Part shown: positions 25,846-37,740 of the stretch, one piece after another
Numbering within the stretch: the first letter of the stretch is position 1
Layout: the number at the start of each line of letters is the position of its first letter
NCBI RefSeq assembly: GCF_009914755.1
Contig: NC_060933.1
DNA length: 64,000 nucleotides
Origin: the human T2T-CHM13v2.0 reference genome, Homo sapiens
Reading direction: 5' to 3' (one strand)
The notes under the pieces: generated by a model
What the model was told of the DNA's origin: nothing
The model's database searches: none
Seen by the model: the letters and a program-made list of their open reading frames with translations, nothing else
Made by a program: the position numbers and the translations under genes

Positions 25846-27950
25846 GGGCTACTCAAGTTTGCTATTTTTATGATTATGAAGAATGTGATCTATTCCTGAC
25901 ATGAGTTATTTATTTAAGTAAACAAGCATTAACTAAGCATTTCCTCTATGCCAGGGAGATAAAGAGATAATGATAAACTGATATGGTAAGTGGTGACTGT
26001 CATGACTGGGATAGGTAGAGGATGCTTTTGGATTACAGAGGAGAAATGATTCCCAGTGGCATTGGTGCCTCAGGTGAAAGAATTGAAGGTCTGTGTTTGG
26101 ATGAAGGACCTTCCAGGCAGAGGTAATAGTTAAAGCAAGACATAGAGATGAGTAATAAATACATGTGGAGGAAAGTACCCAGTCCCAGTGGGAATGTCAG
26201 ACACGCAGCCCTGTGATCAACTAACCATTGCCTACATTATGTGATATTGTATACAGCCTTGGAAAAGAAGAAGCCAAGGATACTTTATCATGTATGTTGC
26301 CTCCTGTTCATTATGTGATAGAGCATGGCCCCCTCCTGCTAACCCCATGAGGATTACAAGAGCTTAGAGAAGTCAGCTGACCAGCATTACATAGATAGTA
26401 GAGGTCAAGGCTAGGATTGCAACTACGACCTAGACCAGATGGTCCTGTCCATCACGTTTTCTGCCTTAACACATGTCTCCTCATCTACCCTGAATTGAAG
26501 AGAGAAAGGGATGAGAATGCTTTTTCCTGCCATAAGTCTTCCTTTTGTAGTAGACTAGTGAAGGACACTCAGTCTGAGCTGGGTTTTTGCTCCAAATGTC
26601 TAAGTTAAGTTGACTGTGGCTGCTGTAGAAGTGGGGTCCCATGAAACCTGGCTTGCTGATTGTAATTAATCACAAGGCAGAAAAGGAGCCCAAGCTGTTA
26701 GAACACCCAAGAGGCTATGGATTAGGAGTTCCAACAATTCACATTTGCAACTCAGTGTCTCCGAAAGAGACTGGAGCTTTGGAAACTCCAGAGCTCAGCA
26801 AAGATTCTGAGGCTTGGGAGCCTTGTCCTTTTGGACACCTTACCCCAAAGAGCTCTCCAAGCCCCTGACATTTGGGGGATTGTCAGAGCTCTGGGCCGCC
26901 AGAGAAAGGCCCTGTCTCAGAAGCCAAAGTCATCAACAGAAAAGGAATTGAATGAGCAGGTTTTGCAGAGGCTGGAAGAGAAACTGTTTCAAAAATCTGT
27001 TTTGACTTTTGCAGACACTGCCTTTCCCTCTGGCCCCATAATTGAATGAGGCTGGTGATGCTTATTCACCTCTTAGTCTATGGCTGAGTCACCTCCTTCT
27101 CATCAGAATGTTATGAGTATGCAGAAGAAAGTAAGCAACCTCACAAAATGTTAGAGTGATAGTGGTGTTGGGGGTTATGGTTATTACCCCCAGGCAAATT
27201 CCAGAAGAGTCTCGCACCTAGCTACTGAGACAAAAAACAATAGTACATATGAATCTGACCTAGATGACTTAGGCTTTCTTTTGGTGGGAGAGTGAGGGGA
27301 ATCTATCTGTACAGAAAATAAGACAGCAATGTCTCAGTCATTAGGCTCCCTTTTTTAAGCAAATAAAATATCTATGAAAGTACCTAGCAAATTCTTGGCA
27401 AGTACCAGTTGCTCCATATCTTCATATTTGTTTTTGTTTTCATTTTTGTAATCTCTTCTACTCTCTATCCAGTTTCTTTCCTCTGATTATATTTGCAAAC
27501 CCTAAGTTCTAAAGAGCTACTCTGAGCCAAGGGTCATGTACAAGAATAGTGCTATTGGTACAGATGCAATGAATCTAATCAAATTATTGTTGTAAAGACG
27601 TTTCCCATTTCCTTAAGAATAAAACTGAGGCTGAAGGGTGAAATAATATTGCCTAAAGCTACTCGGTAAGAAAGCTGTAGAACTGGAATCCAGATCTGTG
27701 AATTTGGCCGTTTGTTGCTCTGTCAGCTGTTCTAACAACTCTGCAGATACCCAAGGTTACAAAGCCAGTAAAATGAATTGCATTTACTCTGGATTCAGAA
27801 GTAGTTAGTATCTCAATAAGCTTTTGAGGAGCCTGGAAATTTGACTGCATTTTCAAGGAAACCAATAATATGTTTTCATTTCACCAATTTCTGCAGCACC
27901 AATGCTGAATGTCCATTCATTTCCATTACATTCATATTCTCCTCCTTCAA

Positions 27951-28055
27951 GGAAGGAAGGAAGGAAGGGAGGAAGGAAGGAAGGAAGGAAGGAAGGAAGG
28001 AAGGAAGGAAGGAAGGAAGGAAGGAAAGAAGGAAGGAAAGAAGAAAGGGAGAGAG
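27951..28055. repeat. (GGAA)n microsatellite: (GGAA)4 GGGA (GGAA)14 plus degenerate tail
   Basis: Counted directly. Confidence 0.97.
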
Positions 28056-28304
28056 GGGGCAGCAGGATGACTCCATGCATGTGTTCAGGCCATGGTGGGG
28101 TAGAAGGACTGGCTTAAATTTATCGGTTGCTGGCTCAAGCTCCTAGTACCTGCCTATGAAGCGTGTTGCTGTAAAATTGTAAACAGGAGTAAAATTAGAT
28201 CTCTACATAAGACCTCTCATCAAGGATGGATAGCAGTGCTGTGCATTTGATCCTACTGAGAGGCCCATTAGGCTCTGAAGAAGAAATTACTCCCTGTCTT
28301 AGTG

Positions 28305-28348
28305 TTAGTTGAAATACATCTAAAGATTAGTTGAAATACATCTAAAGA
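28305..28348. repeat. perfect 22-bp tandem duplication
   Basis: ttagttgaaatacatctaaaga x2. Confidence 0.97.
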
Positions 28349-28909
28349 TTGGTTGTGCAGATCCTGCAGAAGTAAATACTGGGCATTTGGAGGCTATAAC
28401 ACATATCAAGAAAGAACATTGAGGTTATAAGGAAAATCTTACTACTAATTTAGCCCAATCTCTTCCTTTTACAAAGGAGAAAATAAAAGGACAGAGCAGG
28501 AAAGTGACATGCTCCAAGGTTATACAGTGAGTTATCAACAAAACAAGGGTGGATATCCCAGTTTCTATAGTTAAATTTTATGGGCTATGTGAGCCTTTAG
28601 GGGCACCAAGTATCAGTGTGGTTCATTATAGAAGCTCTGTGGACTGGACAGGAGCTGGCCCTTTCTTTTCCATTTATTTTCCATGTTGACATATAATCTA
28701 GAAGGACTTTTGTGGTCAACGCTCATTTCTGTGGATAATATTCATTTTCAGTGCCCTCTCTGCCTCTCTTACAGGGTCTGTCCCTTCACCCTGTCCTTCC
28801 ATAACAATGATTGTAGCTTCCTCTTTTATTTCGTTGGATTTTTTTTTTTTCCACAGAGTTGCACTGGTTGGGTCACTGAAAAGTCTCATTCATTCAAAAC
28901 CGGAAGCCT

Positions 28910-29027
28910 AGCCAGGCACAGTGGCTCACACCCATAATCCCAGCACTTTGGGAGGCCAAGGCAAGAGGATCGGTTGAGCTCAGGAGTTCAAGACCAGCCT
29001 GGGCAACATAGCAAGACCCCATCTGTA
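28910..29027 (+). mobile_element. FLAM_C / AluJ left monomer
   Basis: gccaggcacagtggctcac...gggcaacatagcaagaccccatct, with no right arm. Confidence 0.88.
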
Positions 29028-29242
29028 TTTTTTTTTTTTTTTGAGACAGAATCTTGCTCTGTCTCCCAGGCTGGAGCGCAGTGGCATGATCTTGGCTCAC
29101 TGCAACCTACGTCTCCTAGGTTCAAGAAATTCTCCTGCCTCAGCCTCCTAAATACCTAGGATTACAGGTGTGTGCTGCCACGCCTGGCTAATTTTTGTAT
29201 TTTTAGTAGAGATGGAGTTTCACCATGTCGGCCAGGCTGGTC
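29028..29242 (-). mobile_element. 5'-truncated AluS
   Basis: T15 tail, complete right arm, linker, left arm stops at ggccaggctggtc. Confidence 0.9.
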
Positions 29243-29715
29243 CTGATCTATTTTTTTTTTTTTTTTTTGAAAATTCAGAAACCTAAGACCGTGCTTAGAT
29301 ACTAATACTCTCTTGGCACATCCACTTCAAAAGATGAGGGGAGAGGAAAGTAAGATGGGGAAACAGAGAAAGCAGATACAAGACAGTCCACTACTGCTCT
29401 ATCCCCAACTTCACAGAACATCCAGCTGATGGCTAGCTTATGGAGGATGGCTCTGAAGAGTTTACATAGAATCCATGTATATCACAACAGTTATTCAGGG
29501 TTGGGAGAGGGGAAAAGAAAGCAATTTATCACTTACTCTTTCTCTTCTATTTTAACTCATTGGTCATAATGTTCTCCCAAGTAAGCTGACTCTTCAACAT
29601 TTTTGGTTTGTGTCATGTAACATCTCTAGAGTCTGCTCTAACAGTAGAGCATCTATGGATTGATGGTGTTCAGCTGGGCAGTGGAGATGCTGGAACCCAC
29701 ATCACAGTGGGGGTG

Positions 29716-31995
29716 TGTATTAGTTTGTTTTCGTGCTGGTGATAAAGACATATGCCAAACTGGGAACCAAAGGAGGTTTAATTGGACTTACAGTTCGACA
29801 TGGCTGGGGAGGCCTCAGAATCATGGCAGGAGGTGAAAGGCACTTCTTACATGGTGGCATCAAGAGAAAAATTAGGAGGAAGCAAAAGCAAAAACCCCTG
29901 ATAAACGCATCAGATCTCCTGAGACTTATTCACTATCATGAGAATAACATGGGAATGACTGGCCCCCATGATTCAATTACTTCCCCTGTGTCCCTCCCAT
30001 AACACATGGGAATTCTGGGAGATACAATTCAAGTTAAGATTTGGGTGGTGACACAGCCAAACCATATCATTCTACCTCTGGCCCCTCCAATCCTCATGTC
30101 CTCACATTTCAAAACCAATCATAACTTCTCAACAGTCCCCCAAAAGTCTTAACTCATTTCAGCATTAACCCAAAAGTCCATAGTTCAAAGGCTCATCTGA
30201 GACAAGGCAAGTCTCGTCTGCCTATGAGCCTGTAAAATCAAAAGCAAGCTAGTTACTTCCTAGATACAATGGGGGTACAGGTATTTGATAAATACAGCCA
30301 TTCCAAATGGGAGAAATTGGCCAAAACAAAGGGATTACAGGGACCAAAATCCAGCTGGACAGTCAAATTTTGAAGCTCCAAAATAATTTCCTTTGACCCC
30401 AGGTCTCACATCCAGGTCATGCTGATGCAAAAGAGGGGTGCCCATGGTTTTGGGAAGCTCTACCCCTGTGGCTTTGCAGGGTACAGCCTCCCTTCAGGCT
30501 GCTTTCACGGGCTGGCATTGAGTGTCTGCAGCTTTTCCGGGAGCATGGTGCAAACTGTCAGTGGATATACCATTCTGGGGTCTGGAGGATGATGGCCCTT
30601 TTCTCACAGCTACACTAGGCAGTGCCCCCAGTAGGGATTCTGCGTGGGGGCTCTGACCCCACATTTGTCTACTGCAGTGCCCTAGCAGAGTTTCTCCATG
30701 AGGGCCCCACCCCTGCAGCAAACTATTGCCTGGACATCCAGGCATTTCTGTACATCTTCTGAAATCTAGGCAGAGGTTCCCAAACCTCAATGCTTGACTT
30801 CTGTGCACCCACAGGCTCAACACCACGTGGAAGCTGCCAAGACTTGGGGCTTCCACCCTCTGAAGCCACAGCCTGAGCTCTACATTGGCCCTTTTCAGCC
30901 ACAGCTGGAGCAGCTGGGACACAAGGCACCAAATCCCTAGGCTGCACACAGCACGGGGACCCTGGGCCTGGCCCACGAAACCCCTTTTCCTCCTGGGCCT
31001 CCAGGCCTGTGATGGGAGGGGCTGCTGTAAAGGTCTCTGAAATGGCCTGGAGACATTTTCCCCATGGTCTTGGGGATTAACATTAGGTTCCTTGCTACTT
31101 ATGGAAATCTCTGGAGCCAGCTTGAATTTCTCCTAAAAAAAAAATGTGTTTTTGTTTTCTATTGCATTGTCAGGATGCAAATTTCCTGAACTTTTATGCA
31201 CCGTTTCCCTTATAAAATGGAATGCTTTTAACAGCACCCATGTCACCTCTTGAATGCTTTGCTGCTTAGAAATTTCTTCCACTAGATACCCTGAATCATC
31301 TCTCTCAAGTTCAAATTTCCACAAATCTCTAGGGCAGGGGCAAAATGCTGCCAGTCTCCTTACTAAAACATAACAAGAGTCACCTTTGCCCCAGTTCCCA
31401 ACAAGTTCCTCATCTCCACTTGAGACTACCTCAACCTGGACCTTATTGTTCATATCACTATCAGCATTTTTGTCAAAGCCATTTAACAAGTCTCTAGGAG
31501 GTTCCAAACTTTCCCACATGTTCCTGTCTTCTTCTGAGCCCTCCATACTGTTCCAACCTCTGCCTGTTACCCAGTTCCAAAGTTGCTTCCACATTTTGGA
31601 TATCTTTTTAGCAACACCCTACTCTGCTGTTATCAATTTACTGTATTAGTTCATTTTCATGCTGCTGATAAAGACATACCTATAACTGGGTACAAAAGGA
31701 GGTTTAATTGGACTTAAAGTTTCACATGGCTGGGGAGGCCTCAGAATCATGGCGGGAGGTGAAAGGCACTTCTTACATGGCAGTGGCAAGAGAAAAATGA
31801 GAAGGAAGCAAAAGCAGAAACCCCTGATAAACCCGTCAGATCTCGTGAGACTTACTCACTATCACAAGAATAGCAGGGAAAGACTGACCCCCATGATTCA
31901 ATTACCTCCCCCTGGGTCCCTCCCACAACATGTGGGAATTCTGGGAGATAAAATTTAAGTTGAGATTTGGGTTGGGACACAGCCAAACCATATCA
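29716..31995 (-). mobile_element. Full-length THE1C MaLR provirus: LTR 29716-30069, internal 30070-31641, LTR 31642-31995
   Basis: Two 354-bp LTRs (tgtattag...aaccatatca) with THE1C-type ggaggtgaaaggcacttcttac; about 1.57 kb internal; TSD gggtg/ggatg. Confidence 0.95.
31133..31594 (-). pseudogene. Remnant of THE1-internal (MaLR) ORF
   Basis: WNWVTGRGWNSMEGSEEDR...LAAFCPCPRDLWKFELERDD is the typical THE1/MST internal translation; downstream frames are broken. Confidence 0.8.
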
Positions 31996-32710
31996 GGATG
32001 AGAGAGGTGATGCAGCATCCTGGCCCTTGCCCCTGGGGAAGATGCAGACAGTAAAGTGTCAGAAGACAAGGTAACAGTAGAATCCAGAAAATACCACCTC
32101 AGATCATTGTCTCAAGCACATCCGAGATGCACCAACTATCACTAGAATCTTTTCCATATCCAAGATGAGGAATGTCAGAGCCCTCAGTTTTAGGAGAACC
32201 TCGAGAAGTCACTTTAATATTTCAATCCCTTGTGTTACCAAGATACATCAACTGTGTGTCAACTCTTCTACACTTCTGTTCAGCTCTCCCTCTGTTGTTC
32301 TCTCATTCTTTACTTCTCACTTCTGTTTCCCTTATATTCCTATCTGTTTCTGTAAAACCTCTTAGCCTTAGTTATTGAAGACAGATTAATACACTCTCTC
32401 CACCTTGCCAAAATTAAGGATGAGACTGAAGAAAAAGATTGGAGATAGGTGTTAGAGTGTTTATGCTTAGTGACTTGTATAATATTGGTCTCTAGTGAAG
32501 AGTCATACTGCACTTTTGCTCAAAATTATCCCCACCCTATCCCCATACTCCACCCCTTCTTTTCTCTCCTCTAATCGAACTTGTTACTATTTTCAAGGAC
32601 AAACTGAATTTTTTATCACCTCTATTTTCCACTCATGCTTCCATTTAATTAGTACTTATTAGCATCTGCTAAGTTTTAGGTATAGATCACATTTCTGGGA
32701 AATAGAATGG

Positions 32711-33072
32711 TATATTAGTTTGTTCTCACACTGCTAATAATTACCCAGTCTCAGGTGAGACTGGGTAATTAATAAAAGAAAGAGGTTTAATTGACCACTT
32801 GGCTGGGGAGGCCTCACGATCATGGCAGAAGGCAAGGAGGAGCAAAGTCACGTCTTACATGGTGTCTGGCAAGAGAGCTTGTGTAGAAAAACTCCCATTT
32901 ATAAAACCATCAGATCTCATGAGACTTATTCATTACCATGAGAACAGTAGGAGGGAAACCACCCCCTTGATTCAGTTACCTCCACCTGGCCCAGCCCTTG
33001 ACACATGGGGATTATTGAAATTCAAGGTGAGACAAGATGAGATTTGGGTGGGGACACAGCCAAACCATATCA
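32711..33072 (-). mobile_element. THE1 solo LTR (THE1C/D-like)
   Basis: tatattagtttgttctcacactgct...gggacacagccaaaccatatca; TSD aatgg/aatga. Confidence 0.92.
32738..32771. repeat. perfect 16-bp inverted repeat, 2-nt spacer
   Basis: taattacccagtctca-gg-tgagactgggtaatta. Confidence 0.97.
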
Positions 33073-33079
33073 AATGATG

Positions 33080-34100
33080 TCCTAATGCTGTTAAAATCTA
33101 GTAGAAAAAGTTGTCAAAAAAAACCCCAGAAAATTATAGTCTACTGTGAAAAGTGCTGGGGTGATAGTACCTACAGGAGGGTTCCCTAAATGGCCTTGGA
33201 AAGGGTTCAGGAAGGACTCCTCAGGAAAAATGCATCTAAGATATGGAATGAAGGACAAAGGTACTAACTTAAAAAGCTGGATGTGATGATCCCTGCAGAG
33301 GAAACTAGGTGCAATGGCTGGCAGGCCAAAGAGAGGATGGTGCTTCTGAGGACTCAATTTGAGTTAATAAACTGAAATACTTAGAGCCAGAGATGTGTGG
33401 TAGTTATCTTCCAAGAAGATCCTCAATGATTCTTGTTCTCCTGGAATTTATTTATAACCTTGTGTAGTTTCCTCCTGCACTAAATAGGGTGAAACTGTGT
33501 AATCGCTAAGGTATTTTGGAAATGATAATGTGTGACTTCCAAGGCCAGATCAAAAGGGACATTATAGCTTGTGCCATGTCCTTTTTGAATCACTCACTTT
33601 GGGAGATGCCAGCTGCTGTGTCATGGAGACACTCAAGTAGTTTTATGCAGAGGAGCACATAATGAAGAACTGACATCCCCTGCCAACAATGAACATTTAC
33701 TTCTCAGTTGTATAAGTCAGCTACATTGGAAGCAGATCCTCCAGCCCCAGTCAAGCCTTCAGATTAGTGGAGTCCCAGAAGACATTTTGACTGCAACTTC
33801 ATGAGAGACCCTGAGCCAGAACCCCCCAGCTGAGCTGCTCCTGAATTATAACCAACAGTAGCTATGTGAGATAATAAATATTTATTACTTTAGTATTTCC
33901 ATTTTGGGATAATTTTTTATACAGCAATACATAACTGATACAAGAGGAAAAGGGGTATATGCTAAGACGAGAAGGGTAAGCATGGGACAAATAATATAGG
34001 ATTTGTAGTTCCTGTTAAAATGTTGGAACTTCTGTCTAAGAACAACAGCAAGTCATTAATGGGTTTTAAGCAGGGGATTGATGCCATCAATTTTATGCTC
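33080..34100 (-). mobile_element. L2 fragment interrupted by MLT1F
   Basis: ggttcaggaaggactcctcagga...; gggttttaagcaggggattgatgccatca. Confidence 0.6.
33396..33942 (+). mobile_element. MLT1F-like LTR
   Basis: tgtggtag...gaagcagatcctccagccccagtcaagccttcaga...gagagaccctgagccagaac...aactgataca. Confidence 0.9.
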
Positions 34101-34762
34101 CTGTGGACTCCTTTAAATAGCTGTTGTTAAATTTTTCTCTTACATGGTGCTGAACACAATATTTCACATTAGGCCTGAAAAATGTAAATTTCAACTAGAG
34201 AAAAATAGATTGTAGACATGGTAGGATCTCTCAGTAGCATCCAGAAAGGAGATCTTGGGTTCCCAGACTATGTCAAATTGATGGACTGTAACTCCAACAT
34301 GTTCCCACTCCCCACCAAACCCATATTTATGGATGAGTGAAGTGAAATGTCTGCTGTCGAGCATGCTCAATGTTGTCTCTTTACAACATGGATGTGTGGG
34401 GAGAGGAAGAACATCTGCCTAACAGACCCATCATAACATAACATGATTTCTCCAGATATATTTATACTTTTGATGTGGGAGTTGGAATAATGATTTGACT
34501 TTAAAATGTCAAAATATGTGAAATAAAAAAATATAGAATTATATGGTCTTAGAGTAATAAAGAGACTGTAGAAGTAATGCTGAATTCATCTATTGAGAAG
34601 TTAATACTAGTACCTGCAGTTTATTAGTATTAACTATTAGGCACTCTGCTAAGATCTTTACTAACACAATCTGGTGTATCCTTGAAGCATAAGTGCAAGG
34701 CAGGCATTATTACCACATCTTTAATGAATAAATAACCAAATCAAAGTTTAGAAAGCCTAAGT

Positions 34763-34895
34763 CAGTGCTTCTCAAACTCTAATGTGCATATGTATGGGCT
34801 GCAGTTCTTGCTAACATCTAGATTTTGACCCAGGATTTCCGAGATGGGGCCCAAATTTCAGCATTTCTAACAACGTTCTCTCAGGTGATGTGAGC
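34763..34895. mobile_element. MER5A/B inserted in a MIR
   Basis: cagtgcttctcaaactctaatgtgca...gcatttctaacaa...caggtgatg. Confidence 0.75.
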
Positions 34896-37208
34896 ACAGT
34901 CTAGATAAATAATCTAAACTTTCAAAGTGGGGATGTGGCAGGTTTAAGGCCTCTTCTGCGTGACACCAGAGTAAGCTCTCACTCACTAACAATCCCATCC
35001 CCACCCCACTAAAGCAGTGGTTATCCAGTATCTGCTATTTGATTGGAAGTCCTCTACTTCACAAAGTAATGCTGCTTTCCAATTTTGAATAGCTATAAAG
35101 TGAAAGGTTCTTTCTTGTACTGAGCTAAACTCTGTCCCCACAGAACTTCAGTGGATCACTTGTTGAGCCATTATTTATTTAAAAAGCACTTTCTTCATCA
35201 TTTGGTTATTATTCTTTTTGAGTGCTCCATTTGTCAGGAAGACATGGAGGAGAGCAGGGGAGGATTTGGACCCATAACATGAATGAATGAATGAATGAAT
35301 GAACAAATGATGTTGGACAGAGGTACAATATTCTTGAAGGAGTCCAGGAATTCACTAAACTGAGCTGGAACTAAAGCAATGCCAATGCAGGAAAAGGAGA
35401 TGATTATAATCAGGATGAACTTTCTTTTTTCACATGACTTCTAATCACCAATAGGAATATGATTTGAAAATATTGACAAATAAAATATATCATGAGTCAT
35501 GCTCATTAAATTTCTCCATAAAAGTTGACCCTAGTGATTAACTGAGTCTACTCTTGCTCTCATTTATACAGCGTAAGACAAAACAAGTTGCCCATGAGAG
35601 AATAAGTTAGGGTGCTGGTGGATTTAATTCATGAGCTACAAGTGGTGAGAGCAGCTTTGCTATGAACTGGCTGTATGCTCTTGAATGCTAAGCTAAATTA
35701 CTTAGTCTTGTAGGGAGCAGAATAGTATATAGAAAAGACATCAGGCTGGGAGTCAGAAACCTGCGTTCTAATACTGCTTCTGCAGCTAATCCATTTGTGT
35801 CTTCATGTAACCATCCGCAAAAAGGTGGAGTTGAGGTAGACAAGAGAGGGTAGGGCAATCTCCTATTTCTCTTCCAGATCAGAAATTCTAGGCATTAACT
35901 TCAGAGTGTGCAAGCAAGACCTTGGGTTCCAAAGGAGACAGGTACCAAGCATCTCATAACCAAGAATCAAACTGCTAATTAGTTTTCTTCACTCTCAAAC
36001 AGCAGTAAACCTTTCACTTTATAGCTACTCATTCAAAAAGTAAAAAAAATAAAAAGCAAACCAGGGGTGTTAGAAAAATAAACAGCAATGTTGACAGAGA
36101 GTTCTAATCTGTTACTTTTCCATGCAAGGGTGTATTTCTCTAAAAAACCAGCAGAGATAAAAGGTTCACAGACAGATGGTGCCAATTCACACCACCTTGC
36201 CACTCAGTTCAGAATGTACTGAATTAATAGATACTTGGAAGCCCCTCTCAGTTCCATATCCCCGACTCGCAAATAGGAATTATGAGGTCTTTGACGTCCT
36301 GGTTATATTATATTGTTTCTTGTTGTTCTTTGGGTACGTTTCTTTAAGTGTCTCTACCCTTGGCTGAAATGGTGTCTCATAATTTTTTCCATCAATAATC
36401 CTTAGTGACTTGTAGAAGATGGGTCTTAAAATGCTGCCATCTACCATAGGGAGACCAAGTTTCCATTTAGATGATAAACCACAAGAATTTTAGAAGCTAT
36501 GGGCCAACTTTTATGGAGGTTTCTTGTTAATATTACTCATGATATATTTTCCCCCTATTACTCCAAAGCCATATCCCTTTCAATGACTGGAAAGAGTGTG
36601 TATTGTCTGAGTTTAGTGTCTGTAGAGGCAGAGGCTTGGGGGAATAAGGCTTCATGGGTGTGGATTCAACATGAAGAAAGTACTCTGATTATGGAAATCC
36701 AGGATCAGAAATGTCATATACCAATCATTTTAATATTAGATGTTAGAGAATGAAGGACAGAGAGAAAGGAAAAGCTAATATTGATCAAACACAGCTTTAT
36801 GCTAGTTCTGTTAACCATATCTAGCTAGTTAGTCCTCAGAGGAAACTATTAACTCCTTTTCAAATGAGAAAATTAAATGAAACTGTAAAAGTTTAAATAG
36901 GCTGCTCAAATTCAGGTAACAAGTAGCGTAGAACCAGCAGCTCCAACAGGTTTTTTGAAGTCTAGAATCTAAACTGTTTAACATGCCTGTCTCTGCCACT
37001 TATTTGAAAGGATAATCCTGAGTTACTTAACTAGTGGAGCTTCTACTTCCTCATCTATTAAAAAAACGGGGGCGCAGGGTTGGGCGGAGGATATGATCTT
37101 TTGTTGTTTTTGCCAGAAGGGAACAGAATGTTTGGCAGCAAATAAGCATGTTAAATATTGTAATAATTAAAGTTATCAACATCATCGTTATTGTAGCATG
37201 CTGCCTCC

Positions 37209-37213
37209 AATAA

Positions 37214-37256
<43 letters not shown>

Positions 37257-37257
37257 A
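37209..37257. repeat. (TAAA)n microsatellite
   Basis: Visible directly. Confidence 0.95.
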
Positions 37258-37649
37258 AAGCTGTGCTAAGATAGAGGAGGAGGTGAAGAATAAGAAGAAA
37301 TACAATGCCATCTGCTCCCTGAATTTAACGCTGATGTAAGTTTTGAATTTGTGGTCATTAAAATGACACTTCAGGCTCCACCATGTGCTTCTGGGACCCT
37401 GGCCTGGGTGAATGTGGACAACATTTATAAATCAAATCTTTACTTCTCTTGAGAGAAGTGGGCCGTAGAAGCTGGTAAGGGGTGGTTTGGCGTTCAGATG
37501 TAACTGGCCAGATTTCTGTGGATCAGAAGAGCTTCTCATGGAGAATGTGGAGTTATGGGTAGGTTATACATAGTTACTCACAATTATCCAAATTTAGCTT
37601 CCTGAGCTGCAAGTATTGAGTAGAACTGTGAAGTCCCAGAAGTTAAACC

Positions 37650-37740
37650 AGTTAGGGTAGGAGAACCCTTAGAACTCATCTAGTATCCGTGGTCTATTTT
37701 ACAGATGAGGAAACTGAAACACAGGTAAAGGAACTTTCAC
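37650..37740 (-). mobile_element. MIR3/MIR fragment
   Basis: attttacagatgaggaaactga. Confidence 0.75.

Larger units (their letters stand above)
29280..32135. mobile_element. old ERVL-type LTR (LTR16/LTR40-like) interrupted by THE1C (approx. 29280-29715 and 31996-32135)
   Basis: gcaatttatcac...ctcattggtcataatgttctccc...gctgactc resembles ERVL LTR; sequence appears to continue across the THE1C TSD. Confidence 0.4.

Noticed and set aside
27841-28146. KEGR / FLPS repeat ORFs (also near 15100 and 48650)
   Set aside because: Translations of GGAA microsatellites
30494-30976. 160-aa ORF, the longest in the window
   Set aside because: Lies within THE1C internal sequence; decayed MaLR reading frame
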